From the NCBI GenBank assembly GCA_963727445.1, contig CAVSGI010000010.1, positions 32,001 through 96,000 of the forward strand: DNA of 64,000 nt. Reading direction: 5' to 3'. Numbering within the stretch: the first letter of the stretch is position 1; each line of letters starts with the position of its first letter. The DNA comes from an uncultured delta proteobacterium. Its GTDB lineage: Bacteria; Myxococcota_A; Polyangia; Polyangiales; B10-G4. The notes beneath the pieces were generated by a model. The model was not told the DNA's origin. It saw nothing but the letters and a program-made list of their open reading frames with translations, and searched no databases. Shown piece after piece: positions 1 through 8,267 of the stretch. The position numbers and the translations under genes were made by a program.

Positions 1-3
1 GTC

Positions 4-537
4 GTGGGCGCGCTCGCCTACAGCGCGGAGGAAGCTGCAGAGGATGCAGCGCCGTCCGCGACTCCTCCCATGGCTGCACCAGTCACGCCCGGGTCGCCCG
101 ACGCGGCGCCCGAGCCCGACGCGGCGCCCGAGCCCTCGACCCACGGCTTCTCCAGTGTTCATCACGTGAGCAATGCCTCGGACGCACAGGACGCGCTCGG
201 AACCGCGGACGGTCTGGCGGCGGTGCTGCGCCACGGTGGGCTCCTCACGCTCGAGATCGGCCTCGGGTCTGCGTTCGAGGGCGACGGGACCGCCGAGCCC
301 GACCTCTTCGTCCACGTTCTGCCGGCCAGCGGTCCATTTCGCGTCGAGGTGAGCCCGGACCATCATCACTTCGAGACGGTGCTCTCACGCGGGGACGCGT
401 CCGTGGCGATCGACGTCGATGCCAGCTCGGTCGCGCGTCCACGCTTCGTGCGCTTCCGAGCGCTCACGCGCGACCCGGTCCTGTTGGATTCCGTCGAAGT
501 GAAGAACGTCGTTCCGAGCGACGAACACGCGCACTGA
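4..537 (+). CDS. Hypothetical protein, probably 5'-truncated by the window edge; Pro/Ala-rich linker followed by a beta-rich domain
   Basis: Open frame with GC3-biased codons; 18-bp tandem duplication at 97-132 (PDAAPE x2); stops 16 bp before the next gene. Confidence 0.6.
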   Translation: MGALAYSAEEAAEDAAPSATPPMAAPVTPGSPDAAPEPDAAPEPSTHGFSSVHHVSNASDAQDALGTADGLAAVLRHGGLLTLEIGLGSAFEGDGTAEPDLFVHVLPASGPFRVEVSPDHHHFETVLSRGDASVAIDVDASSVARPRFVRFRALTRDPVLLDSVEVKNVVPSDEHAH

Positions 538-553
538 GGCGTAGGCTGGGAGG

Positions 554-1363
554 GTGACCCGCGTCGCAGCTCTGCCCATGTACGACCTGCCGGAGCTCCG
601 GGCGGCGACCGACGCCCTGTGGGCGGCCATCGCCGACGAGCTGCGCGCGGCAGGGGAGACCGATGTCCCCGAGGCGCTGGTGCGGGACCGGCCCGCCGGC
701 GAGATATTGGGAGACCCGACGCTCTTACTCGCTCAGACCTGCGGCTATCCACTCGTCACGCGCCTGTCGGAGAAGGTTCGCGTGGTCGGGGTGGCCAGCC
801 ACGACGCGGAGGGTTGCGGGCCGGGCACCTACAGGAGCGCGGTGATCGTGCGGGAGGATGGAGGGGCGCGACGCGTGGTCGATCTGCGGGGGCATCGCGC
901 CGCGGTGAACGCCTTCGATTCCCACTCCGGAATGAACGCCCTACGTGCGCTCGTCTCGAACTTGGCGCGTGGCGGGCGCTTCTTCTCCGCGGTGAGCGAG
1001 ACGGGCTCGCATCGCGGGTCGATCGCCGCCGTGCGCGAGGGACGCGCCGACGTGGCCGCGATCGACGCGGTGAGCTGGGCGTTGATCGGTGATGTCGCCC
1101 CCGAGGAGCGTGAGGGGCTCGCGGTTCTCGCGTGGACCGACGAAGCGCCGTCTCTGCCGTACATCACCGGCGGGCCGGCGAGCGATGGGACACTCGTGCG
1201 TCTGCGTTCGGCGATCGAGGCGGTGATGGCGAGCCCATCACTCGGTGAGGTGCGAAGGAGGCTTCGCCTGGTGGGCTTTCGACCCGCAGAGCACGACGAC
1301 TTCCTGCCGATCGCAGCCTCGGAGGCAATGGCGCGGAGCCGCGGCTATCCCGAGCTCGCCTGA
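554..1363 (+). CDS. PhnD/SsuA/transferrin-fold substrate-binding-like protein with no signal peptide
   Basis: Motifs LPMYD, QTCGYP, YRSAVIVR, AVNAFDSHSGMNAL and TGSHRGSIAAVREGRADVAAIDAV fit the phosphonate-binding fold; GGGAGG RBS before the GTG start. Confidence 0.8.
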   Translation: MTRVAALPMYDLPELRAATDALWAAIADELRAAGETDVPEALVRDRPAGEILGDPTLLLAQTCGYPLVTRLSEKVRVVGVASHDAEGCGPGTYRSAVIVREDGGARRVVDLRGHRAAVNAFDSHSGMNALRALVSNLARGGRFFSAVSETGSHRGSIAAVREGRADVAAIDAVSWALIGDVAPEEREGLAVLAWTDEAPSLPYITGGPASDGTLVRLRSAIEAVMASPSLGEVRRRLRLVGFRPAEHDDFLPIAASEAMARSRGYPELA

Positions 1364-2842
1364 TCGGGCGGTGCACCGACGCGCAGCACCATGGAGAGGC
1401 GCTCGATCGCGTTGCCCAGCGCGCGGTCCTCCTCGCTGAAAGCGATCACCTGGCGCACGCGCGCGTAGGCTTCCGCCAGCGGTCCCCCGGGGTGGCGGCC
1501 TCGAAGATCGATCGCGCGAGCGGCGGTCACCGATTCGATGGAGAGCACCCGTGCGGTGTCGCGGAGCGCCTCCGAGGCGCGCTCCACGGAGAGCGGCGCG
1601 AGGGAGATGGCGTCCTCGAATCCGTTGCAGGTGGGGCTCGTCAGGCCGGCGCTTCCGATGCGGGTGCGCATCCGGGCGACGAGGCTCGCAGCCGTGTACT
1701 GCGCGATCATCAGGCCCGAGCTCCGCGGCGCGCTCTCCCCCTTTGCGATGAGGAAGGGCGACAGGCCGCGGCTGGTCGCGGGATCGAGGAGCCGCGCGAT
1801 GCGCCGTTCGCTCGAGGCGGCGATCGCGAGGAGCGCGTCCGACAGACCGTCCAGGACCTGCGCCAGCCGATGGGTGTCGAAGGCGCTGCCGCCGCCGAAG
1901 AAGCCCTGACCTTCGCGCCAGATTGGGTTGTCGGCGGGCGCGCCGAGCTCGATGCGCACGACCTCTTGGAGGGCCGCGAGCGCGTCGCGCCCCGCGCCGA
2001 TCACGTACGGCAGAGTGCGGATGGCGAGAGGCTCGCGCCCCGTTCGTGGCGCGTCGGGGAGCAGCGTCCAGAGGCGCTCGGCGCTCTTCACGGCACCGGG
2101 GTGGGGCTTGAGCGCGACGAGGCTCGCCTCGAAGGCGCCCTTGTGACTGTCGAGGGCGTGCATGGTGAGCGCGGCCGCGCGCTCGGCGGCATCGACGAGC
2201 GCGCGGCCGTCGGCGATCGCCAGGCAGGCGCCTCCCACCGCCAGGGCGGGCGCGTTGATCCACGCGAGCGCATCGCGACCCCCGAGCGTCGGTCGCTCGA
2301 TGCGCGCCTCACGCAGGGCGGCGGATTCGTCGAGGGTGCGTTCCGTCGTAGGTCGCCGACCCCTCTCCGATCAGCGGCAGCGCGGCGTGCGCGAGGGGCG
2401 CGAGATCGCTCGCACCCACCGAGCCGAGAGCAGGCACCCGCGGGGTGACGCCGCGATCGAGCATGGCGACGAACACGTCGAGGACCGGCGCCGAGATGCC
2501 GCTCCGGCCCATCGCGAGCTGGCTCGTGCGCACCGCCATCATCGCCCGAACGGTCTCGGCGGGGGCCGCGTCGCCCACGCCCATGGCGTGGCTTCGGAGC
2601 AGGCTCGCCTGCAGGCGCTCCGCGTCTCTCGGAGCGACGCGCTCTCCATCGCGGGCCCCGACGCCGGTGTTGGCGCCGTACACGGGCGTCCCTTTCGCGC
2701 ACGCCTCGCGGAGGGCGTCGTGCGCGCGCGCAACCTTCGCACGGGCGCCATCGCCCATCACGACCGAGGTAGCGGAGCGCGCGATGGCGGCGACGTCACT
2801 TGCCGAGAGCGCCTCTCCGTCGAGGGTGTAGCGGCGCGTCAC
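1345..2842 (-). CDS. Aromatic amino acid (histidine) ammonia-lyase-fold enzyme, MIO-less variant; one frameshift near 2341
   Basis: N-terminal half (ORF 2309..3244 frame): VYGANTGVG, LLRSHAMGVG, GSVGASDLAPLAH. C-terminal half (ORF 1345..2238 frame): ADNP, SERRIARLLDP, SGLMIAQYTAASLV. The GTG start overlaps the desaturase TGA. Confidence 0.85.
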
Positions 2843-3744
2843 GACCGCCTCCGGGGATGGGCGACCGAGCCCTTGGAGCGCAGGAGGTAGCGCCGGAAGA
2901 CCTCGCGATAGCCGCGGAAGAAGTACCCGCCGTTTTCGCGGAGCAGGTGCGCGCGGCGCTCGCGGTAGCGCGCAGGGAGGGCGTACCAGGGGAGCGCCGG
3001 CTCGGCGTGATGAAGGGCGTGGAGGTTGTTGTGGAGGAAGAGCCAGGCGAGGGGCGCTTCGGCCTCGATGATCACGCTGCGCTCCGCGTTCGATCCTTCT
3101 GCGCGGTGTTCGACGAAGGAGCGTAGGAGCGTGAGCGCGAGACCCGGGTAGACGTAGAGCGCGAGATAGGCGGCGAGGGGGATCTCGCAGACGCCCCCGA
3201 TCCAGCAGACGACGGGCCCGGTGGCCAGGACGTGGATCGTCCATCGGCGAAGGATCGGCGCGGGGCTTCGTCGCAGGGCGGCGACCTCCGACGCGAGGGT
3301 GCGGGCCGCGACATGAAGCGGGCCGAGGATCAGGCGACCGGCGAGGGTGCTTTCAGCGACGAGCCACGCGCGAACGATCGGGCTCGCCGCGTCGAAGCGC
3401 TCGGCGCTGACGTAGAAGGACTCGGGGTCTCGTCGTGGATCGGTCAGCTCGTCCACGCCGTGGTGAGCGAGGTGCGACGCGCGGTAGAGATCGAAGGGCA
3501 GCCAGAGCGTGAGGGGGACGCCCGCGAAGAGCGCGTTCAGAGCGCGTCGTCGGAAGGGATGCAGGTGCACCGCTTCGTGCTGAAGCGAGCCGTGCCAGGC
3601 GAGGAGCCAGGCGCCGGCCACGCAGACGAGCCAGGCTGGGAGCACGTGGTGGAACCAGGTCAGAGCCATCCAGCCGCCGTAGATGGCGCCGCCGAGGAGG
3701 AGGGTTGGCCACTCGAATCGCGGAAAGGCCCGGCGTCTGCTCAC
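2839..3744 (-). CDS. Membrane fatty acid desaturase-family di-iron enzyme
   Basis: His boxes QHEAVHLH, HLAHH and HNNLHALHH plus EH; several hydrophobic segments. Confidence 0.88.
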   Translation of the reverse strand: MSRRRAFPRFEWPTLLLGGAIYGGWMALTWFHHVLPAWLVCVAGAWLLAWHGSLQHEAVHLHPFRRRALNALFAGVPLTLWLPFDLYRASHLAHHGVDELTDPRRDPESFYVSAERFDAASPIVRAWLVAESTLAGRLILGPLHVAARTLASEVAALRRSPAPILRRWTIHVLATGPVVCWIGGVCEIPLAAYLALYVYPGLALTLLRSFVEHRAEGSNAERSVIIEAEAPLAWLFLHNNLHALHHAEPALPWYALPARYRERRAHLLRENGGYFFRGYREVFRRYLLRSKGSVAHPRRRS

Positions 3745-3802
3745 CCCTTCGGTGTACCCACCAAGTGGGGACCCAACAACGGGGTAATGCGCACGAAGCG
3801 AT

Positions 3803-3865
3803 ACAACTCGAACGGTTTTACGTCAGTTGTGGTGGAAACAACACGAATGATGTAGATTCGCTACA
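3803..3865. promoter_or_regulatory. AT-richer divergent promoter region with candidate operator palindromes
   Basis: GTTGT-N7-ACAAC (3826-3842), TGTAG-N5-CTACA (3851-3865) and ACAACT...AGTTGT (3803-3830) lie between the desaturase and the XRE regulator. Confidence 0.45.
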
Positions 3866-3872
3866 CAAACGA

Positions 3873-4706
3873 ATGGAACGATGGGAAACCGTCGAGCGCT
3901 TTCGAGAGCGTCTCGGACAGATCATCGACGGCTCGGGTCTGAGCCGAAGCGCTTTCGCGAAGCAGGTCGGGATCGATCGATCGACCCTGTCCCAGATCCT
4001 CTCGGATCAGAACGACCGCCTCCCGCGGGTCGAGACCCTGGCGGCCATCGCCACCTCGGCGAACGTCAGCGTGGACTGGCTCATCGGCTTGAGTGAGGAG
4101 GGCGCGCTCGGGACCGACGTGCTGGTGGTCGAGCGGGGCGCGAGCTCACCCGCCGACGAGCGGCTCGCGTTGTGGCGGGGCGAAGCGGCCGGCTACAAGA
4201 TCCGCTACGTCCCGACGACGCTGCCCGATCTGCTGCGCACGGACGAGGTGATCGCGTACGAGTACTCCCATTCGCCCGTCGCCTCACCCGAGCAGCGACA
4301 GGCCACGCGCGAAGAGCGCCTCGACTATCAGCGAAGGCCCGAGACGGACACCGAGGTGTGCTCGCCGCGGCAGACCCTCGAGTCCTTCGCCGCCGGGGTC
4401 GGCGTCTGGAGCCGCATGTCGAAGGCGGTGCGCCGCAAGCAGCTGGCCACCATGCGGGAGCTGGTGGGTGAGCTCTATCCGACCTTCCGCTGGTTTCTCT
4501 TCGACGGTCGCCACCGCTACTCGGTGCCGCTCACGATCTTCGGGCCCAAGCGCGCGGTGATCTACACCGGCCAGATGTATCTGGTGTTCAGCACGCTCAA
4601 GTACATTCGACTCTTCACGGAACATTTTGATGAGCTCATCCGCCACGCGACGATCCAGCCGCCCGACGTCCCGGATTTTCTTCGTGAGCTGGAAGATTCG
4701 GTCTGA
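3873..4706 (+). CDS. XRE-family HTH transcriptional regulator with a C-terminal effector domain
   Basis: N-terminal HTH SRSAFAKQVGIDRSTLSQIL...VSVDWLIGL; ATG at 3873 is the likely start; divergent from the desaturase-lyase pair. Confidence 0.85.
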   Translation: MERWETVERFRERLGQIIDGSGLSRSAFAKQVGIDRSTLSQILSDQNDRLPRVETLAAIATSANVSVDWLIGLSEEGALGTDVLVVERGASSPADERLALWRGEAAGYKIRYVPTTLPDLLRTDEVIAYEYSHSPVASPEQRQATREERLDYQRRPETDTEVCSPRQTLESFAAGVGVWSRMSKAVRRKQLATMRELVGELYPTFRWFLFDGRHRYSVPLTIFGPKRAVIYTGQMYLVFSTLKYIRLFTEHFDELIRHATIQPPDVPDFLRELEDSV

Positions 4707-4743
4707 GCGCTAAGAAAATGGAGCGTCAGGTGCCACACTTCTC

Positions 4744-5325
4744 GTGGTGGAGGTGGCCGAGCAAGAGGTCCTGGGGCTGGCGGTCCTGAATCGCATCAAG
4801 GCCAACCAGGAGATCGTTGGCGACGAGGTGGTGCAAGCGGCGGTCGAAGGCCTTTCGGCGGAGCTTCGCGAGGAGATCGAGGGGCTCGCGCCGAAGTCGT
4901 GGATCCCCCTCGCGCGCGTCGAGCTGCTCCAGGACGCCATCGCCGCCGAGGCGCAGCGGGATCCGGAGGATTTGCACGACGAGGCGATTCGTCGCGCGCA
5001 GGAGATCTCGTTCAAGACCGCTTATCGCGTCGTGCTGCGGATGGCTTCGGATCGCTGGCTGGTCTCGCGCACCCAGACCATGTTTCGCCGTACCCGCCGC
5101 ATCGGCCAGCTCCGCTCGCAGATCGGCGCGCCGGGTGAAGCGACCCTGCGCCTCTCGGACTGGCCGAACGTTCGCGATCGTTACGTGCGCCAGGTCGTGA
5201 TCGCGATCGAGACGCTCCTCAGGCTCACGGGCCGCGCCCAGGTCGAGACCGAGTACGCGCTGCGCCCCGACGGCGCGGACATCCAGGCGCGCTGGCAGAA
5301 GGGGACCGCGGCGCCCCAGCGTTGA
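4744..5325 (+). CDS. Myxobacterial hypothetical protein, resembling the DUF2378-type family
   Basis: 193-aa ORF with a SWIPLARV motif and a C-terminal ...IQARW pattern; family assignment by recollection only. Confidence 0.55.
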   Translation: MVEVAEQEVLGLAVLNRIKANQEIVGDEVVQAAVEGLSAELREEIEGLAPKSWIPLARVELLQDAIAAEAQRDPEDLHDEAIRRAQEISFKTAYRVVLRMASDRWLVSRTQTMFRRTRRIGQLRSQIGAPGEATLRLSDWPNVRDRYVRQVVIAIETLLRLTGRAQVETEYALRPDGADIQARWQKGTAAPQR

Positions 5326-5444
5326 GGTGGGCTCTACGGGTCGGCGGCTGCGCTGACGATTCCGCATCGCATCCGCGGTGCGCTCAGGAGGGGCGGTCGC
5401 AACGCGTGCGTGGCGAGAAGTGACCGCATCCGGGACCCAAAGTC

Positions 5445-5531
5445 TGGTAGCCGAGCCCGGGGTTGAACCGGGACGAGGTTGCCCTCACCGGATTTTGAAT
5501 CCGGCGCGTCTGCCAATTCCGCCACTCGGCC
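5445..5531 (-). tRNA. tRNA-Leu(CAA)
   Basis: Reverse complement reads GGCCGAGTGGCGGAATTGGCAGACGCGCCGGATTCAAAATCCGG-(long variable arm)-CCCGGTTCAACCCCGGGCTCGGCTACCA: acceptor stem, D-loop GG, anticodon CAA, T-loop and encoded CCA. Confidence 0.96.
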
Positions 5532-5602
5532 TTTTCAGGGAGGCGGAAGATAACCGCACCTCGGGGGGCGCGCTACTGCTCTTTGTCGGCGGGGCGCTGG
5601 CC

Positions 5603-6601
5603 TCAGTGCCAGGGCACGGGGGCGCCGTTCGCTGTGCCGTCCTGGTAGCGAACGACGGTGCCGCCGGTGGCGACGTAGATGTCGCTGCAGCGCAGGGCGC
5701 CCGAGCCGAAGTCCAGGCTGGCCGCGGCCGACATGCCGGGCGCGAGGATCATCATGTCGCTGCCGTCGGCCTCGGTGCGCAGGAGCCGGCCGGTGCCGTT
5801 GTCGGTGACGTAGAGGCGGCCGTCGGCGTCGACGGCCACGCCGTCGGGGTTGCCGAGGCCGGTCGCGGCATCCGCGCGCGCGGTCTCGACGCCGTCGGCG
5901 AGCGTCAGCCGGTGCAGGGTGCCCGTCGCGTAGCTGCACACCAGGAGCGTCCCGTCGAGATCGAAGGCGACACCGTTGGCCTGGGAGATCGGCGTAGCGG
6001 TGACCATCGTGGCGGTGCCGTCTCCGGCGGGGTCGACGCGCATCACCTCGCCCGCGCTGAAGTCCGAGTAGTAGAGGAAGCCGTCGGGGCCGATGGTCAG
6101 GCCGTTGGGCGCGCCGCCGGTCACGAAGAGCTCGGCGCTCGGCGATCCCGAGGTCAGATCGATCCTGTAGACGCCCGTTCCCGGCACGCCGACGTAGAGC
6201 GTCTCGTTCGTCGCGTCGAGGGCGAGGCCCCACACGGTGCTCGCACCGGTGAGCGGGACGAAGTCCTCCGGCGAGCCTCCCGGCGTGAGCCGGCCGACCA
6301 TGCCTGACTGCGTGTAGTAGATCGTTCCGTCGCGCGCGATGATCAGCCCTTCGGTGCCTGTGATCGACGAGACGTCCGGTCGCGCGTCGCCGCACGTCGG
6401 CGCGCCCGTGTCGGGTGGCGGAGTGCTGGTGTCCGTGGCGCTATCGCCGGGCGGCGTCGTGTCGTCCCCGCCGTCGCTGGGCGGCGTCGTGGTGTCTCCA
6501 CCGCCGTCCACCGGCGGCAGTCCCGTGTCCGTCGAGCTCGAGTCGTCGCCGCACGCTCCGAGGAGCGAAACGAGGGAGGCGAAGAGGATCGTCGTGCGCA
6601 T
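5603..6601 (-). CDS. SMP-30/gluconolactonase-like beta-propeller lipoprotein
   Basis: Lipobox LLGAC, Asp/Thr/Pro linker, propeller motifs PNGLTIGPDG, ANGVAFDLDG and PDGVAVDADGRLYV. Confidence 0.82.
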   Translation of the reverse strand: MRTTILFASLVSLLGACGDDSSSTDTGLPPVDGGGDTTTPPSDGGDDTTPPGDSATDTSTPPPDTGAPTCGDARPDVSSITGTEGLIIARDGTIYYTQSGMVGRLTPGGSPEDFVPLTGASTVWGLALDATNETLYVGVPGTGVYRIDLTSGSPSAELFVTGGAPNGLTIGPDGFLYYSDFSAGEVMRVDPAGDGTATMVTATPISQANGVAFDLDGTLLVCSYATGTLHRLTLADGVETARADAATGLGNPDGVAVDADGRLYVTDNGTGRLLRTEADGSDMMILAPGMSAAASLDFGSGALRCSDIYVATGGTVVRYQDGTANGAPVPWH

Positions 6602-6647
6602 GGCGGCGGAGGGTGCCACGGCTCGCCCGCGGACGGAACGTCGCGAT

Positions 6648-7230
6648 TCAGTGATGCTCGTCGTCGGGCGCGATCATCGGCGCGGTGCGATCGACGGAAT
6701 CCCGGTCGACCATGGGAGGCATCGGTGGCTCCTCGACCATGGGCGGGGGCGGCGCCACCATCGGTGCGAGGTTCATGGGCGGCATGGGCGGCCGCCGCAC
6801 CATGGGCGGGGGCGGCGGATTCACCCGCTGCACCATCGGCGGCGGGGGTCGCCGAGATCATCGGCTCATTCGTTCGATGCCGGCGACGCCTGCGTGCCCG
6901 AAGCTGCAGCTCCTCTTCGTTGTCCCGCGCCGCCTCGTCCTCGTCGGCGGCGACCACCGGCGGCTCGCTGGGGAGCGGCGTGAGCTCCGCAGGCGGCGCG
7001 CTGGGCACCGCTTCGAGGGTCGCCGGCGCCGGCGTGCTCACTACCGGCGCCATCGCCGGCTCGGCGGGCGTCGGCGTCGGCTCCGCGTCCCGCCCGGTGC
7101 ACGCCGCGGTGCCGAGCGCGAGCGCGAAGCCCGTGCGCTTCACCATCGGTGTCTTGGACGAGGCTCGGAGTCGCGGAGCGGAGCGGCTGCGAGCCGCGAG
7201 TGCGTCCCCCCTCTTCTTCCCCCGGCTCAT
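6648..7230 (-). CDS. Pro/Met-repeat lipoprotein-like protein; one frameshift near 6848
   Basis: ATG at 7230 overlaps the JmjC stop (alternative ATG at 7146). FALALGTAAC lipobox-like segment, then about 10 Pro-Met motifs continuing into the ORF 6648..6836 frame. Confidence 0.6.
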
Positions 7231-8234
7231 CGCACGTCTCCCGGGCGGTACCAATCGAAGTTGGTGTCTCGCGCGAAGTTCGAAAACGCCAGGCTGATCG
7301 ACACCGAGAGCGCGCGCACCTCGTGCCACCAACCCACCGGGATGAAGAGCGTCTCCCCCGGCGCGAGCACCACCTCGCGCACCAACACGTCCTCGAGCGA
7401 CTCCAGATCGATGGTGGCGTACATGCTCAGCGCGCCGCTGAAGAGCCGCTCCTCGGTCGGCGACACCAGGCGCACGCGCTTTTCGCCGTAGACCTGGGTG
7501 AACAGGATGTTGCTGCAGTCGTGGTGCAGCGGCGTCACCGTCCCCGCGGGTCCGAACCAGAGCGCCGAGCCTCCCCGCACGCGCGTCATGTCCAGGTAGC
7601 CCTCGGGGAAGGACACGTCGTCGAGGAGCGCCGCGAGCCCATCCTTTTCGAGGTTGCGGTTCTGCGCCACCAGATAGAAGTCGTTCGTCTCGGCCGCGCC
7701 CGCCGCCTCGACCCGCGCGACGTAGTCGCGCATCCGGATCGGATGCGAATGCTCCGCGGTGCGCGCGTCGTACCAGGGATCCGACTCGCGTTCGTCGGTC
7801 ATGGTGACCTCCACGTCGCCGAAGCGCTCCGCGAAAAAGCGCGGGCTCCAGCGCGTGAGCGCCGGCCAATCCTCGGCGAGTCGCGCGAGGATCACCGGCG
7901 TGCTCGTCGCGACGTAGCGCTGATAGAACGCCTCCGCCGACAGCGTGTCGACGCGCTCGATGGCGGCGGGCGCAGGCGACAGCCGCTCCACCGTCTGCCC
8001 GAGCGCCAGCACCCTGCTCAGCCGCTCCGCGCGCGCCGCGTGCGCGCGACCGACGTCCAGTATCGGCGAAGCCAGGAGCTCGTCGATCCGCGCATCGGCC
8101 TCGCCCGAGGGCACACCGCTCGCGAGCAGGGTCTCGCGCAGCCGCAGAGGGTCCACGCCACGCAAGAGGTTGTCCGCCAGCCAGCGCCGCCACGCAGGCG
8201 AAAGAGTCGTCTGAGCTCCCATGGTCGTCCCCAT
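7227..8234 (-). CDS. JmjC/cupin-8 family 2OG-Fe(II) oxygenase
   Basis: WFGPAGTVTPLHHD (HxD), QVYGEKRVRL and GETLFIPVGWWHEV (distal His); PVIL...WPA..RW JmjC-associated motif. Confidence 0.9.
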   Translation of the reverse strand: MGTTMGAQTTLSPAWRRWLADNLLRGVDPLRLRETLLASGVPSGEADARIDELLASPILDVGRAHAARAERLSRVLALGQTVERLSPAPAAIERVDTLSAEAFYQRYVATSTPVILARLAEDWPALTRWSPRFFAERFGDVEVTMTDERESDPWYDARTAEHSHPIRMRDYVARVEAAGAAETNDFYLVAQNRNLEKDGLAALLDDVSFPEGYLDMTRVRGGSALWFGPAGTVTPLHHDCSNILFTQVYGEKRVRLVSPTEERLFSGALSMYATIDLESLEDVLVREVVLAPGETLFIPVGWWHEVRALSVSISLAFSNFARDTNFDWYRPGDVR

Positions 8235-8267
8235 GGTCGCTCTAGACGCATCAACCTGCCAAAGGCT

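Noticed and set aside
5334..5525. 63-aa ORF MAELADAPDSKSG
   Set aside because: It is the translation of the tRNA-Leu gene
1..5531. Genomic island integrated at the tRNA-Leu 3' end
   Set aside because: No integrase, no visible duplicate of the tRNA 3' end, and no evident compositional shift
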